Of a DNA stretch of 64,000 nucleotides, positions 11,459-24,000 are shown one piece after another. Below the pieces are notes generated by a model. It searched no databases. It was not told the origin of the DNA and worked only from the letters and a program-made list of their open reading frames with translations. This stretch comes from Hydrolagus colliei (lineage: Eukaryota): the NCBI GenBank assembly GCA_035084275.1, contig CM068742.1, positions 37,386,001 through 37,450,000 on the forward strand. The letters are read 5' to 3'. Made by a program: the position numbers and the translations under genes. Positions within the stretch are counted from its first letter, which is position 1; every line of letters begins with the position of its first letter.

Positions 11459-13129
11459 CTGGATATAAGTCCTTTTGTAAAATAAGTATTATAAACGTCT
11501 CTTCGTATAAATAAATGCAGTTTTTACAATTCTATATAAAACAAACAAGTTTTACATTTTACAGCAACTAGGATCTAGAAAAGCAGTTATAAATGTAAAC
11601 ACAATAGAAAGGTACATAATTATCAAAGATCTGAGGTCTTCAATTTTTCAAAAATGAATTCCAACAAAATGAAAAACAGATACCAACATGATGAAGGTAA
11701 CAGCGATTTGGACATTTTCCATGTAAATGCAATCATAATATTCTTCTGTTGCATAAAAGCTGTACAGTATTAACTTACATGTGCACGCTTGGGTATTAGT
11801 ACTGTAGCTGTGCCATACAATTGACAGCCCAATTTATCCTATTCCATCAATTCCAAATCCAGTTAACCTTACTCAAACAATAAAGCTTTCAGTTTTACAA
11901 CAAAATGGTTAAAGAGTATGCTACTGAAATGACACATAACATTAACGTTTGTACAATATATCTCAATCCTTCCTTTGTCTGAAGTAAAATGCTACCTCGT
12001 GTGCTGATCTGCAGCCCCCAGTGTGGAGATATTTTCTGTGGAAGCTCTTCTCTAGCAAAAATCAAGAGATAATACTGGGAAAAATCAACTGCTAACATCA
12101 CTGGGGAAGATATTTGTATTGAAACTCCTCCCCAGTAATATTTTATACTCTGCATCCTCAAAGCAATACACGTGGCATCAAAATTAGTCCAAAAAATAAA
12201 ATATTAAATAATACTGCATTTTAAATATAATGAACTTAGCATCCCTTTCAGATGACAACAGGAATGAATATTTAGAATATGTAACATGCATTCTGCTTCT
12301 ATAAACTTAACCATCTGATAAAAGGGAAAGCGTCATTCTGCAAACTGGCATTCTAGTTTTAAACTACAAAACATTAAATATACATCTCCTTTTGTTTCGC
12401 TTTAAAAACATTTTACATATTTTCCTGGAAAAAAAACATGAATTTAAGTCATGCAACAATTTTCACAGACAACATACACTCCAATTGTTACCTTGTAACC
12501 AAATTGAGACAATGATTTTTAAAAATTCTGAAATATACTATCCATGCCACTGGTAATTTCTCTAAACTGGAATGTACAGTACATATCCTTTAAGCCCAGG
12601 AAATTTATAGTTTCTTCCTATACTACTCTGCTTCAGTATTTTGCCAATAGCAGGTGTAACTAATATAGAACAGTAAACTTGTGTGTTTAAAATGGGATCT
12701 CTCTAAATGGTTTTCTAAATGCACTTTAAAAATGACAGTAATCTACAAAAATGGATAAAATATAATCAGAACTTTATTTCACTCAAAAGATTTAAATAGG
12801 CTAGTACAGAAGAGAGGAAGGAACAGTGAAAGCTGAGGATAATTTTATTGGACCATTCGTTTAAAAGATGCATTAAGCAAAGCTTTCTCCTTTGATCGAC
12901 TCCACATTATACCAAATGACCTCTCCCAAAATAGTGCCTCATTAAAGAGGACCCTGAGATCAAAGCAATTATGAGCACCTCTTGCCCAACTGCAAAACAT
13001 GGAGTTCAACAGGCAATTGGATACATTTATAGGCAACAAATAAGGTTAAGAACATAATTTCATTCAATAACATCTCACTTCATCTCAACAGTTTTGTGAG
13101 CACATCTGGCAGAGCCATTTAGGCCAGCA

Positions 13130-13325
13130 AGGTCCCACAAAATACCATGAAGCGAATGACAAAATAAACATGGAAGATTGTTGGTCAGGATAAATATTTT
13201 TCTTTTCCAAATAAGGTTATGGGATCTTCAAAATCCACCAGAACAAGGAACAGTTTTCCATCCTATCGGAAACATGATATCACCAGCATTCTCGCTGTAC
13301 TGCACTGGAATATCAGCCTAAATTC
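13130..13325 (-). mobile_element. Ancient Deu-domain SINE relic (AmnSINE1/SacSINE1-like) in the putative MCC 3' UTR
   Basis: gtcccacaaa...ggataaatatt...atgggatctt...atccacc...gtactgcactggaatatcagcctaaatt matches the recalled reverse complement of the DeuSINE consensus. Confidence 0.6.
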
Positions 13326-14891
13326 CATCGGTGAAACTTTAATCCACAGGGATACTTGACTATTAGACCTAAACTTAATATTATATTTCTCTTTGCCCTT
13401 GAAGTTGGGTTTTCCCTTTGCATTACATATTCCAAAAACAAAAAGTAGTTTATGGCAGCGTGGGGCTGGATGAGTCCTTTTAAAGATAGAGCTCACTTTC
13501 CAGATTAATGGGAAATTTCGAGGCACAGTCGACATGTATATGTGGAATTCTGTCAATTGTTTTCACTCTTAAGGACGCTAATTGGTTCGTGCATGTGTTC
13601 AACAAACCCGGCCAAAAAAAAACGCTGAGTGTGATTTCAGTAAGGAGAGTGACAAAATGTGGGCTGTAACAAAACATTTTTCCGGCATTCAAAAAGTAAG
13701 CAACAAATATCAACATGGTTCACCAGAAATGACCTCACATTATCTTAGAAAGGAAGGATATATCTACCTGGGCTGAAAGGGACAGTACTCTAATTTCCAA
13801 TTTCTTTCTTCATTTGTTTAACTAATTAATTACCCACGGTATGCAAAATATCAACAATGAAAAATAGGTCTAGACATTTATTTGGAGTAATGCAAGGATT
13901 GTTATCATAGTTCAGTTCTGGCTTAGTATTCAATACCATTGAGTCAGTTTGAATTAAACCAAAGTGAATATCAAAAATTAAGCTGGTTCTGCCTAAATAC
14001 TGAACAGGCAAAACATGATTGTATAAACATAGCTATGCATTAAATCAAGTAATGGCAAATGGGAATTATTTTTACATAATCCATTTTAAACCAAGAAGCA
14101 AGACAAAATTATATGACAGCTATAATGGCCTGTCTTTTGAGCTAAGGGATGAGATTCTGTGACAAGAAATGGTCCATTCAAGCACTATATATACACAAAA
14201 CATTAATTTACTAATTGGAATTATATCTGCATTTTAGGTGAACATAATCCATCCTTCAGGATTCCTATCCACAATTTCTAGCAAAGTTAGCAAAGTTCTG
14301 CATTAATACCACATGGACTGTAGTATTATTTCCAATCCTCCACAGAATTTGTTCAGAAGAATCTGTCTTGACAATTGCTTTACAGCAGTCTCACTGAGAG
14401 AAGAATACAGTTTGAAATTTTTGACACAGCCTTTTGGTAATTTTCTCAAGTTGGCATAAAATGATTTTAATGATAAAACAAAGTGGTTGGCAGCAGCACA
14501 CTAAATCCTTGCTGTACAATTACACGCCTTTTTTTGGTACAATGTGATAACATAAAGCACTGCAATGCAAATTACAGATGCATATTTGATATATTAAGAT
14601 ATATTAAGACAATAATAAGATGTAAGTTTATTTTTAAGTATAATGCTGAGAAGCGTGCAGGCACATTTAAGGGATGATTTACTGATTTACTTAAGTCCCA
14701 AATTGCTGAGGTTCCACTTCTATCCTGCTGGTATTGTTGAAAGTGGTAATATCTGGATGACTGAAGAAACCCTTGTTCCCTTTGATCAGCAGAAAGAACC
14801 AATATCTTGTTTCCATTTTCATATTTTGATCTTCTGAGTTGCTGTGGCAAAATGTATTAATTTACAGTATTAATAACACCTACGTGATTTC

Positions 14892-15072
14892 CTACAGAGA
14901 TGTCTCATTTGTCTGAGGCCTGGAGTTTTCTTCCTCGAGCAGCGCTATTCTCTGCTTAAGCATTCGCACTTGTGTTTCATGTCTCTCCACCATAGCCATC
15001 ATTTGTGCCTCCAGCTTTTTCAGTTTGTTTTGATGCTTCTTCTTTGCTTTTTCATAAGCTGCCACTAGATTA
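14892..15072 (-). CDS. MCC: MCC last coding exon NLVAAYEKAKKKHQNKLKKLEAQ...RPQTNETSL*
   Basis: ttaatcacag|TAATCTA ... CTG TAG; ends in the class I PDZ-binding motif ETSL. Confidence 0.96.
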
Positions 15073-18000
15073 CTGTGATTAAAACAAAGCAGCAGTTATG
15101 TTACAAGCTGTAAATATGTCACCATAACTGTCAATCCATTTTGCAGTTGCATATCAAAGCACCCACCATTTCTTTGGATAGTTTCAGCCCCTATCCCTAG
15201 GCAGTTCAAATGTTTAGATGGTTTAGTTTAAATTGAATATTGTGTGGTTATATTAAGGTGTAACCATGAGACTACAAATCTTAAAATGTTAAACAATAAG
15301 CAAAATATGTCAAAAAAAATGTACAAGCATTGATGCTTAATTGAAAAGTTTAAAATAGACATTGATCCTAAGTGTGCACTTTAAGATAGATTCAGGTTGT
15401 TTTAAGATCCAAGTAGATTTAGTCCCATTAAAGTACAATTAAATGGAGGGAATGGTGAAGCATTACTTCAATCATTGTCTTGCTCCTTTCCCCATTCCCA
15501 AGATTCTTTTTAGATGTTTCTTATTTACTCAGGCAAAATACACTACTTTATTAACAATTTCCTGGGCTTTAATCGTCAGGATCCCCAGATTGTGATTTCG
15601 GGTGATGTTAAAGTTTAACAAGCACTCTCAGGCAAGCTTCTCGTTGCTTGAACAGCTTGGACCATCCTACCCGAATCCTTCCCCAGTGACTTCCCTGCCC
15701 CTTCAAGACCTGCTGATGAACCAAGCTGGTTGGGATATCATCAGCAATGTCCTGGAGTTCAGACCCACCTGGCTCAGAATCCAGACAAGGATTACTGAGA
15801 CCATTACAGACCCCAATTCACATCCGTTGCTTAGCATATCTTCAAGCATTCAGCTCAGCTCCAAGGTATTCCATTTAACTCCCCCATCCTTCCCCAGATG
15901 ATAAAGGAGGAAACTAAAATCTGCAGACACAGTTTACCTATAGTTAATAACAGGTGAATAATAAGTGTATGTTATATCTGTTGAGCCAAAAAATCCCAAC
16001 TTTTAAAAACAGTTTGTTTTAAGATATTATCTTTGCACTGCTGTACACAATTGGCTGCTGTGTTTCGCCCACAGAAACACAGTCAATCCACTTTACAATA
16101 TTTTTCTGTGAAGTGTTTTGAGAGGTCTCGATGACATGATAAGGCGTTACATCAAATTCAAGGATTATTTATCTATTACTAAAATAATAATGCAATATGT
16201 TAAGTAAAACATGTCCACCATGGTCTTCACATGAGGGCTTTGAACCTTTTAAAATTTATTGATAATTTTGGTGCTCATTAATATGATGGATTAGTGAGTG
16301 CTCTTTGCATCATAATAAAACATTGAACAATAGTTGTTTAAAATATTCTGCTTTCTGCTTCACACAAGTGTCTTTTTACTATTTCTTTTAGTCATTTTAG
16401 AACAAGACAAGACACAACCAGATTTCATGCAACATCCTTTTTTGTGGTCTGGAACAAACAAAAGAGTAAGCTGTTTGAAAAGAATTTTGATGTGAAACAT
16501 TGGAAACTGACAGTACTATAGGACAGCACTTGTAGCACTGCAACGCAGTATTTACTGCATGAATGAATCAGTGACTTGGGAGTTTTCCTTTGCATATACA
16601 AAATATACATTTGAAAGAAAGCACACATTTTCAGAACAATTTAAGACAAAATAGAAGCAATCACATTAGGATACAATCCCCAGCCACAGTAAAACAATAC
16701 CTGTTTGCTCTTTTGAGATCATTAACAAACTCTGCAGACTGTTGATGTCGCACTTCGCTGCTTTTTGTCATTCTTTCTAAAGCAGTTACCAATTCCTGCA
16801 CTCGAGATTTTAATTTCTTCTCTCTGCAAGTATCAAACAAAATTAAGCATAATCTCTTCCAAATTTATTGTCATGTCTGTGTGAAGACACAGATGATATA
16901 CAATACCATCCTTCAGATACAGTACATCAAATCCTTCCTCAGCTTCAAGATATATTAAGTTACACGATTAAGTCACTGAATATCACACAACAGCACATGC
17001 AACCTTTAAATCAACCAGCAGATGTCAGACCAAGTCTTAGTTCCAAAATAAATTACTGAAAAATTTGTGTTTTTAAATCTTTTCACAAGATAAAATGGCT
17101 ATTAATCATTACTAGTATTAGAATATTGAAAGTGAACCCAGATTATTTTTGTTCAAATTTAAAAGCACAAAAATATGAAATAATAGACTGAGTTATGCAT
17201 TTGCTTGAAATTTTAGAATCTTTTAATTTTAGAATCTTCAAAAAGTTGATTATTTTATGGAATTGGAAAGTTGTGTTTATGGTAAGAACTTAAAACATAT
17301 TACAGCATTTTCTCATTAGTACGCATGAAGCTGGTGATATGTGAGTGAATGGTGAAGCACTGACAGAGACAAAGGGAAAGAGTGAAAGACAGAGAGGCAG
17401 GGGAAGAGAGAGAAAGGCAGTAGGCAAGAGAAAAAACTCTCAGTGTAGTTTGGTTACACTAAAGAGTGGTGATAGGTTTCCATTTCCACCAATGTGTTTG
17501 TGAGACAAACCTAGTGGTAGTTACATTTGCAGATGACACCAGGTTGGGGGATAAAAACTATGGAATCAGCAAAGGTTTTACAAAGAGCTTAATAAAGTTA
17601 GGCACATACATCAATACACAATATAAATGTATATAGCACCTTTTAATTGGGAGAATGTCCCAGAGTGCTTAACAATGCTAGATGGGCACCTGAGCTGGGA
17701 GGGGGAACCAAGTGGGTAAGGAGGGGAAAGTTGAACAAAAGTGCGGTCATAGAGGTGCTTTGAACCAACCAAAAATCCCCTGGGACAGATGAACTATACT
17801 AACAGCTACCTAGGGAGACACAGCAGGAGATTTGTGCAGCACTGATGGACACTGTGAGGCAGTCGACCAGCATTGAGGAATTCCAACAGACAACAACAAC
17901 AAAATTACATTTTTGGAGTGCCTTTCATGTCGGGAGGACATCCCAAGGCGCTGAACAGTCAGGGTGGGACACAAGCGAGGGAGAGGGGTAGGGCAGGGGG

Positions 18001-21000
18001 GAGGGGCAGGAGAGAGTTGGGAGGGGTGGGAAAGAGTTGGGAGGGTAGGGAAAGAGTTGGGAGGGCAGCAGAAGGGACGGTCTTAAGGCTGGCCTTGAAG
18101 GAGGAGAGGTTAAGGAGCGAAGCAAAGGGACTGTGGGATGGAGTTCTAGAGTGTGGGAACAGAGAGGCTGAAAGCCCGTCCACCGATGGTAGGGCGGGTC
18201 GGGCGGGGGACATGGAGCAGGCCGGAGCCCACTGAATGGAGGGGGAGGGGAGGTTCATAGGGGGACAGCAGTTCGGAGAGGTGGGGGAGGGGGGTGGGGG
18301 AGACGACATGACAAGGCCGTGAATGGCTTTGAAGGTGAGGATGAGGATCTTGAATTCGATTCTCTGGGGGAAGGGGAGCCAATGGAGCCGGACGAGGGTG
18401 GGAGCGATGTGGTCGCGGAGCTTGGTGCAGGTGAGGCTACGAGCTGCAGAGTTCTGTATGATATAACGATGGAAGCAAGCAGCTGTTGTTAGCATAAATA
18501 AGATAGGCAACAAAATTATACCTGGCAACTACAGACCCATTAGCCTGACCTCAAAAATATGGAGTCAATCATCAGAATAAATTAAATTACGTTAGCAGTT
18601 TTGATGGAAGGTTGGTTATATGATAGGAAACAAAGAGGGCTGTTATTCACACTTTAATAGTGGTATCCCCCAGGGGTCAGTTTAGGACCACTGCTTTTCT
18701 CGATTTATATAAATGATCTAAATTCTGGTATAATAGGCACAATTTGTACATTTGGAGATGACACAAAAATAGTGGGAGAAGCTAACAATGAAGATTGTAA
18801 GCCACGAGAGGGGACATACAAAGCTTGGAACAAGTCCTTGGTGATTTGTCATATTTCTAGTAATTTAAAAACACAAATACCATGAGACATGGTACTTGCA
18901 TTCCATTAAACATAAAAGAAAATTGATGAGGCGATGACTGAAGCCTGCATTATATCAGTTTCCGTGCTCAAGCTCCCTTTCCTCCTGTCACTCCAAATCA
19001 CGGCAGGAATAACAATGGAGAGAACAGAAAAATAATTTGCAATATGGAAAAAAATCATTTGCATCATTGGATGGATGTGTTTTGCCCTATATTGCAGTGT
19101 TAGCTTTGACTGGAAAATTCTACTCACCTTCTCAGTGCATTTGTTAACTCAAGTGCAAGTTCACTATCATTATACGTTCTGAGTTCAGCTAATGTTACAG
19201 CATGCGTTCCTCCTTCACCACATTCCTGATAAGAAAAACAAGGAGATAATCAGAAATTATGCCATTTGGGATATAAACCGTGAAGCGATTACATCAAAAC
19301 ACATGGTCAAGTCAAGTGAAGGTCAAGTCTATGTCAAATGAAACAAAATAGGTCAAAACTCCCATGTGAAAGGTTTATATCATTGTAATGAAAACCGGCA
19401 CTTCACCATTAAGCATACTATACCAATAGCTTTTGGAGAATATTAAAATGCTTCACTTGCTAAGAAAGCATACGTTTTCTGGAAAGTTCCAACGAAATGT
19501 TGTCACCACACAATGACATGATATCCTTAATTCACCAAACAAGAGATTGTGAAAAGCATGCAAGCCAGAAGTAACGTTTTGATACCACTCCAAATGCCAA
19601 CTGTACCCATTTTTTAAATCTCGCCATCCAAAAGATTCAGAATCTTTACCTTCCACCCCCCAATTAGTGCAGATATCAAAAGAAACAACATTTCAATTCA
19701 CACCAAAAACTCTCAAATAGTTTATCTTAAATGTTAGCCCCTCAATTAAGGATTCTTCTCATCAGTGAAATTGTACGAAATACATGAATCATTTCAAATG
19801 AAACCTGCTTTCATTGCGTACACTTATCCAGCAATTTCAATCAGACTTCATATTGCAGAAGTAATCTTGTTCCAGATGCAAAGAGCATTTACAAAATTAA
19901 AAGCAATTTGAAAAATGGAACTGTTTCATTATTTTGCAATAAAAAAAAGGAAAACATTATCACAAAATTATGACAATCTCAGATAAACAGTGGGAATATT
20001 TGAAGCTGCTCACTAAGGACATATTTCTAAACCATTTGTATTCAACTTTTTGTATTCAGTCAATAAATCTGAAAATGATTTTCTATTGTGGGACTACAAC
20101 CTGAGGCATGATTATTGTCTTTGAGGGTAATTATTGTCTTTGTGGGTGCACAGACACATAACCAAGATTATTTCGGTATTATGAATTTAAGTTACCAAGT
20201 AATGGGGAAAAAAGTTGTTTTTAATCTCTTTCAAAAAAGTTCACATAATTGATGATCATGAAGTCGAATGACATTGAGAACAGAAGGTTCACACACGAGA
20301 CAGAAGTTAAAATTAGCTGTAAGAGATGGAAAACCAATAGATTTTATGTGCAAGGGACTTGTGAAATAAAATGTCAGGGAACAATAACAACAAATTATTA
20401 CATTTGTGTTGCGTTTTTCACATCAGGAGCACGTCCCAAGGCACTGGACATTCAGAGATTTGGATCCGACCAGGGGTTTGGATAAGGAGGGATGGAGGGT
20501 AGGGAATGCAGGAGGGTGACTGAAAGTGTGGTCGAAGAGAAGGATTTTGAGGCTTGCCTTGAACAAGACAAGGGAACGCCATCAATGCAGACGTTGTATA
20601 AATAAAGTTCAAAAACCTGTAGACAGTTACAGTTTTCTTCAATATTGGCAATGGGGACTTTGAAGGTGAGTTTACAAACAGTTGGCATGGACTTTGGAGA
20701 TGCCTAATCAGGATCTGATCTCACAAATGCTAGTCGACAATAATCAATCAATGCTACTAAATACCATTGGTCCCAATTAAGCAAATACATGATAGATTAA
20801 GTTATCTTGCCCATATCTGAATCAAATGAAAACTTGTGCCCAAGAAGACAGTTGGTGCCAAGAACAATTCTATGCATTGGTTAATAAGACCCTACATGGG
20901 ATATCTTAAGATGTGAAGAGTCTCCCAAAGAGTTGTGTTCAAATCCCTATCATTAGCTGTCCATAGCAATGTTATAGCAATTAGGAGCATCATGAGGAGA

Positions 21001-24000
21001 TAGTGGAGTCCAAGACAGAAATGAACTATGTTTACTTTTATTGATGCCCTTCTAATTGACCTTTAAATTCCACATCCATTCTCTGACACACTCAGCCTTC
21101 CCCCAACTACATAATATCTCCCATCTCGTTCTTCCCTCACCTCCTTCGAGGTGCATCTCAAGGTACCTTCCTCTTTGAGCCACCGGTCACATTCCACCCC
21201 ACCCCAACCCACCCACTCGGAATCTCTCCCAGCTCAAGTGCAAACCCTCAATTGTCCAGTGTCTTGGAACACACCTCCAATGTGTAAGATGCCATATGAA
21301 TGTAATGTTGTTATTGTAATCATGGGTCTTTTTTTCATCCCAAACTCTTACTGAGAGGCACTAACAACGACCATAGAGCAAGCAGAACGAGCAATCTGGC
21401 AGTTGATAAAACTCTTTTGGAAAATCTGACTGTTCACATCTTACCAAGGTTTCCTTGTTAACAACTACTTAATAGGACAGTGACTATATGCACAGTTAAA
21501 GAGTTAGGTTTTAAGGTGGGACTTCTAGCAGATAGGGAGGGGGCGAGACCGCAAGATAGAGAGCGAGTTCCAGAGTTTAGGGGTAAAGTATTTGATGGCT
21601 TGGTCACAATCTTGTTAGGCATTTCTCTTCCTATGGAAGGAACTGAGATGCATAACAAGCCAAAGCAAACAGCTTTGTCAAGCAGAGAGAGTGTGAAGAA
21701 GAGTAGGGTAGGAGATCAGAGAGACAGGTGATGTTAGGGTTTGAATTGGATTTATAAATGAGGGTGAGGACCCTGAAACTAATCAGCTGGTAAACAGGAA
21801 GTCAATGGAGTTTGGCAATGGAAATAGTTATGGGCATACAAATACACAGTCAATTCACTTTACAGTGTATTCTGTGAAGCGCTTTGGGACGTCTAGAAGA
21901 TGTGAAAAGCGCTATAATCAAATGCAAGGATTATTATTATTATTATTGTTATATGGAGTATGGTGCAGGTGAGTATATGGGTGGCAGACTTTTGGATTAG
22001 GTGGAGCTCATGAATGGTGGATCTTAGGAGACCAGCATGGATTGCATCAGAAGCGGAAGTAATGAAGGTGTGAACAATTGTTTTATTTCCAGTTATGCTG
22101 TCCATTGGAAGCATTACACTGTATTTAAATAGTTGACGTGAGCAATTTAAAGAGAGGATACTTTTGCTCTCTCTCTCTTTGACCGCATCTATGATCACCT
22201 CTTAGTTTCCCCCCTCCCTTGCTTGCCATCTGATCTCATCCCTGTAACGTGCTCCAAGGCATTATCCTAAATGAAGGGCGCTATATAAATGCAAATTGTT
22301 ATGGAGTCTGAAACTGCTGATCAATTCAGATAATCTTCCACCACATTTCTCCCAGGAAATAGCCTGCTTTTGAACTGCATAAATAAACAAGAAAACAAAT
22401 TACATTTGTATAGCGCCTTTCATATGTCCCAAGGTGCTGGGACGAATAAAGTAGTTTACTGTTGGTGCTTACTTTGGCTGGTTTGTCTTTTCCTCCACTA
22501 CTAGTTGAGCTGAGAGACTGCATACGTTGCTCTTTTTGCTCTTCTACTTCTGATTTCAGGTGTTCAATGTGCACAAGGTAAGCTTGTTCTTGGGCTTCTC
22601 GAGTACTCAGCTTTAGCTCGAGTGCTTTCTTCTCTTTCTCCATCAGATAAAGTTGGGCCTTCAGTTCAGCCATTTCCTCCTTTGAATGGCAGTAATAAAA
22701 TGTACATTGTAAATGTTACGTACATTTTTAATATTGAATAGCTTAACAATTTCTTCAAAGAAAATCTATTTGAACTTCAAAGGCCAAAAGAACCTCAATT
22801 TGAATGATGAAATGTTGATACAGAAAGAATGAACCTTAAATTGAGTAAGGATGTGAAATGCTTTTCTTTAATATCCGTGCAAGAATTTCCTAAATCACTT
22901 GGTGTAAAAGGCACTATCAAATAAATTGCAATCAGCATTTAAAGTAGTTTTCATGGATTAATAACTCATTTCCACCAAGCAATAAGTAAATCTAATCATG
23001 ATAGTGATCCTCTGATGAGTAAATAAGTGTACTTAATGATGATAATGATCTTTATGTTTGTTCTCTGGATCAATCAATATTAAAGAATACCTTTGTGTAT
23101 TTTTTGCATCTATTCATCACTGGATAGATTTTCTTTTGGTTAACCAGATTTCTGACACACAAGGAAACCCATCCTAATGCTCAGCATTATCCAATTCAAA
23201 CATTAAAAATTCCACAATATGCATTGAAATTTTCATTTGTCTGGAATAGAGTGTGTACTTTCACCCTAGTGATACACCAAATTGCAAAAGAATTAGTTCC
23301 CTAGTTGGCTTGGGATCTCCCAGTGGGTAGAGTCCATGCACTCAAGAGATTTTATAGTATACCCTGTGAACAAGCTTTGAGATGCCCTCCTGGCATGAAA
23401 GGTGTGCTATCTAAATCAAGAATTATTAGTATTATTAGCTCTGGCTGATGAGCTAGGCTGGCTGATTGGTTGACAGACCCGTCTGGCTCCTGAACCAGAC
23501 TATCAAGACCACAGACCATGGCAAAGGATCAACTATTTTGATATTCCATTGTCAGCCATATCACCTTGGAGCTCAAAAAGATCCTGCTGCCTTTCTCCCA
23601 AGTTGGACTGTAACTGGTTAGTTAGTAGACATCTGACATATGTGCTTTTCTCCATGAAGTGTATAACATTTTAAATGGAATAGAAAAAGTAAACCCTGAT
23701 CACTATTTTAGATGCAGCAAGACAGAAGAACAAGAGGAGCCTAGGTTTAGAGTTGTAAAGGGTGATTTCAGGACAGGTACCAGAAAGATTTTCTTTATGC
23801 CGATGGTAATGAATGACTGCAACACCCCCCCACCCACAGCATAGACGCAGCAGTTCTACCAGTTGAAAGTTGTACCCTTCAACAGCAATTTAGTAAGTAC
23901 CAAGGCCTGGATACATAAGCTTCGGTTGACAAAACGTCAGACAACACCTTCAGCAGCTGTCAACCCAAGCCTCAGTTTCCTTAACAGCAATTCAAAGAGA

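Larger units (their letters stand above)
11430..14891 (-). other. MCC: Probable MCC 3' UTR (about 3.4 kb)
   Basis: AT-rich stretch free of young L2/SINE copies in an otherwise repeat-dense region; AU-rich element at 11506-11516; ends near an AATAAA. The distal end is inferred. Confidence 0.6.

Noticed and set aside
14880-14894. Stop-codon readthrough masking the ETSL motif (TAG GAA ATC ACG TAG)
   Set aside because: Context lacks known readthrough motifs such as UGA-CUAG; no supporting evidence.
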